A stretch of 28,227 nucleotides of DNA from an uncultured Pseudomonadales bacterium (GTDB taxonomy: Bacteria > Patescibacteriota > Microgenomatia > UBA1400 > PJMF01): NCBI GenBank assembly GCA_964621585.1, contig CAZULU010000003.1:1-28227 (forward strand). The letters are read 5' to 3'. The position numbers and the translations under genes were made by a program. Under the pieces are notes generated by a model. That model was not told where the DNA came from, ran no database searches, and saw only the letters and a list, made by a program, of their open reading frames with translations. Shown here in pieces: positions 26,572 to 28,227 of this stretch; the stretch's first letter is position 1, and every line of letters begins with the position of its first letter.

Positions 26572-28173
26572 CTACAGTGTACGCATGTTTGTACTTAGCT
26601 GCAATTGGTATACATCCAATGTTGGGGCTCCTGGGATACGCTCAAAACTATACAGTTTTTCAAATTCCACTCCTTGATCATCTTCTAAGAAAAAGCGGTG
26701 GCTGTTTACAACTAACAGGATAGTATCTGCTTCTGATAATTGTTCATATATTGTTTGCGGAATTACTCTAACCGGAGCGCCTATTCCATGAATTGCAATA
26801 TTTTCTACATTCTTGTTGTGGAAATACATAAGTAATGCATCTGGCAAGGTTCCAAAATACCCCTCAGTTAGAACCATAACTCTGCCCTGCTTTGAAAGAT
26901 CCTCAATTATTTCTACGGTTTCAGGTATTCCATATCCTGCAGACCACTCTTCAACGTACTGTTGTTTATCAACCCAAGGAAACGGAGCAAATTGTGGGTG
27001 TTGCAGTGAAGCTATAAGAAATCGTCCACTCACAATCACTACAGGAGTAATGAATACTGTCAATACAAGATAACGATATTTTTGCCGATTCCAAATATGT
27101 TCAAAAAACATGGCTGCTAAGACTGTAAGAGAAATCATGACAGGTAATAAGTATCTCGGAAAGATTGTTTTACCTAAAATGATAAACGGTGCTAAAAAGA
27201 TTAGTCCTGAAAAAAGAATCACAAGCAGTTGTCGCTTATTTTTTGATATCAATGGACAAAGTGCTACGATAATCAACAGTGAATATGAAACATATGAGGC
27301 AAACCAATCTGTGACCCATAAGCCATTTTGTATAATTGAGGCACCTTGCAAGCTAATAATTTCTGAAACTGATCTAGTAAAATCTCCTCCCCGGGAAAAT
27401 AGCTGGCCAAATGCTGGATGTATTCTTAAAGATAAAAAAATTAACACTCCTATCGCACCAGCTATACCAATAGGCAAAGAACGTTGTAATACAGAATTCA
27501 CCCACTTCTTGCCAAGAGGTGTATACAAAATGAACACTGGAAATACAGGAGCAAAAAAAATAGCGGGTAACTTACTTAAAAATGCTAAACCATAGAACAA
27601 TCCTGTCAGACCTACCCATTGCCAGAGTTTTTTTTGCTTCGGTTCAAACAATACTTGTATGTGTCCTTTTATGTTTGTTGATACTGGGATAGCATCTAAG
27701 TATTGTGCAATCCTAATTAATCCAAGTAGGGTCAACGATAAGAATAACGTAAATAGTCCATCAATAAGCGCCAATCGATGGTGAAAATACCAAAAAGGAA
27801 GTAACACTACCATCAGCATCCCCAGTGTCTGAGCCAGCTGCTTTCCACCAATTTTCGATATTATTTCTCGTATCACAAATACTTGTCCCCATCCCACAAG
27901 CACAGACAACAGTCTTCCAGCCAAAAGTGGATCTGGAATAAGCTTAAGAAAAGGAATCATCAACCACATATGAAGCGGTGTTTTCCCATCATTTAAAGGA
28001 AAAAAGAGATAACGACGCCAGTCTTCCATAATTAGCTGAGACCAGCGAATATAGATGGCTTCATCTGCAAATACTGGCAACAGTGTAAGTGATACGAGGT
28101 GGGTTACAAAATACAGCAGACTGATAGCAGCTAAGATCAAAAATCCAGGGTTCTTGAGAGGTACTCGTTGCAT
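26572..28173 (-). CDS. GT-C membrane glycosyltransferase (ArnT/PMT_2-like), divergent from the array members
   Basis: LPVFADEAIYIRWSQ, DGKTPL, DPLLAGRLLS, HHRLALID, LSKLPA, FPRYLL; C-terminal soluble domain with WSAGYG. Confidence 0.85.
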   Translation of the reverse strand: MQRVPLKNPGFLILAAISLLYFVTHLVSLTLLPVFADEAIYIRWSQLIMEDWRRYLFFPLNDGKTPLHMWLMIPFLKLIPDPLLAGRLLSVLVGWGQVFVIREIISKIGGKQLAQTLGMLMVVLLPFWYFHHRLALIDGLFTLFLSLTLLGLIRIAQYLDAIPVSTNIKGHIQVLFEPKQKKLWQWVGLTGLFYGLAFLSKLPAIFFAPVFPVFILYTPLGKKWVNSVLQRSLPIGIAGAIGVLIFLSLRIHPAFGQLFSRGGDFTRSVSEIISLQGASIIQNGLWVTDWFASYVSYSLLIIVALCPLISKNKRQLLVILFSGLIFLAPFIILGKTIFPRYLLPVMISLTVLAAMFFEHIWNRQKYRYLVLTVFITPVVIVSGRFLIASLQHPQFAPFPWVDKQQYVEEWSAGYGIPETVEIIEDLSKQGRVMVLTEGYFGTLPDALLMYFHNKNVENIAIHGIGAPVRVIPQTIYEQLSEADTILLVVNSHRFFLEDDQGVEFEKLYSFERIPGAPTLDVYQLQLSTNMRTL

Positions 28174-28182
28174 GATCGATTA

Positions 28183-28190
28183 ATTGTACA
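28183..28190 (-). promoter_or_regulatory. Putative -10 element (TGTACAAT)
   Basis: TACAAT ends 9 nt before the ATG at 28173. This is the third copy of the same 8-mer directly ahead of a start codon. Confidence 0.4.
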
Positions 28191-28227
28191 GGAATTATTA
28201 CTGGGACGGTAGAGACTAGAGATCAGA

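Noticed and set aside
27110-27595. 161-aa plus-strand ORF, and the other short plus-strand or alternate-frame ORFs in the track (e.g. 12110-12451, 22994-23317, 4296-4544)
   Set aside because: All lie inside well-supported minus-strand genes and have no recognisable motifs; they are consistent with antisense shadows of coding sequence.
28174-28227. Possible 3' end of an upstream gene at the right edge
   Set aside because: Only 54 nt are visible, so no frame can be supported.

Overview
A gene-dense window in which all 25 credible CDSs lie on the minus strand. It is part of one large cell-surface glycosylation cluster. It encodes 8 polytopic GT-C-fold glycosyltransferases, 7 stand-alone GT2s (2 of them polyprenyl-phosphate-sugar synthase-like), a GT4, a GT4-GT2 fusion, a Wzx-type flippase, GDP-L-fucose synthase, a GalE-type epimerase, a DUF2304-type membrane protein, 2 SAM methyltransferases and 2 orphan proteins. 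Five of the GT-Cs form a tightly packed tandem paralog array at 9104-17702. One methyltransferase is cut by the left edge and is missing from the supplied ORF track. Gene content and style resemble Patescibacteria (CPR, Microgenomates-like); this is inference and was not verified. I saw no rRNA, tRNA, CRISPR array, transposase or integrase. Three observations stand out. (1) Two different CGTC-tagged REP-like palindromic elements sit in frame inside two GT2 genes and are translated as extra loops (2962-3036 and 8711-8773). (2) The GT-C-rich architecture suggests a lipid-phosphate-sugar-dependent extracytoplasmic glycosylation assembly line. (3) A -10-like motif without a -35 box occurs in each of the four largest internal intergenic gaps and upstream of the first gene, which would make the five-gene GT-C array its own transcription unit. 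Several start codons were moved relative to the ORF track. All family assignments are from motif recognition by eye, not from database searches.
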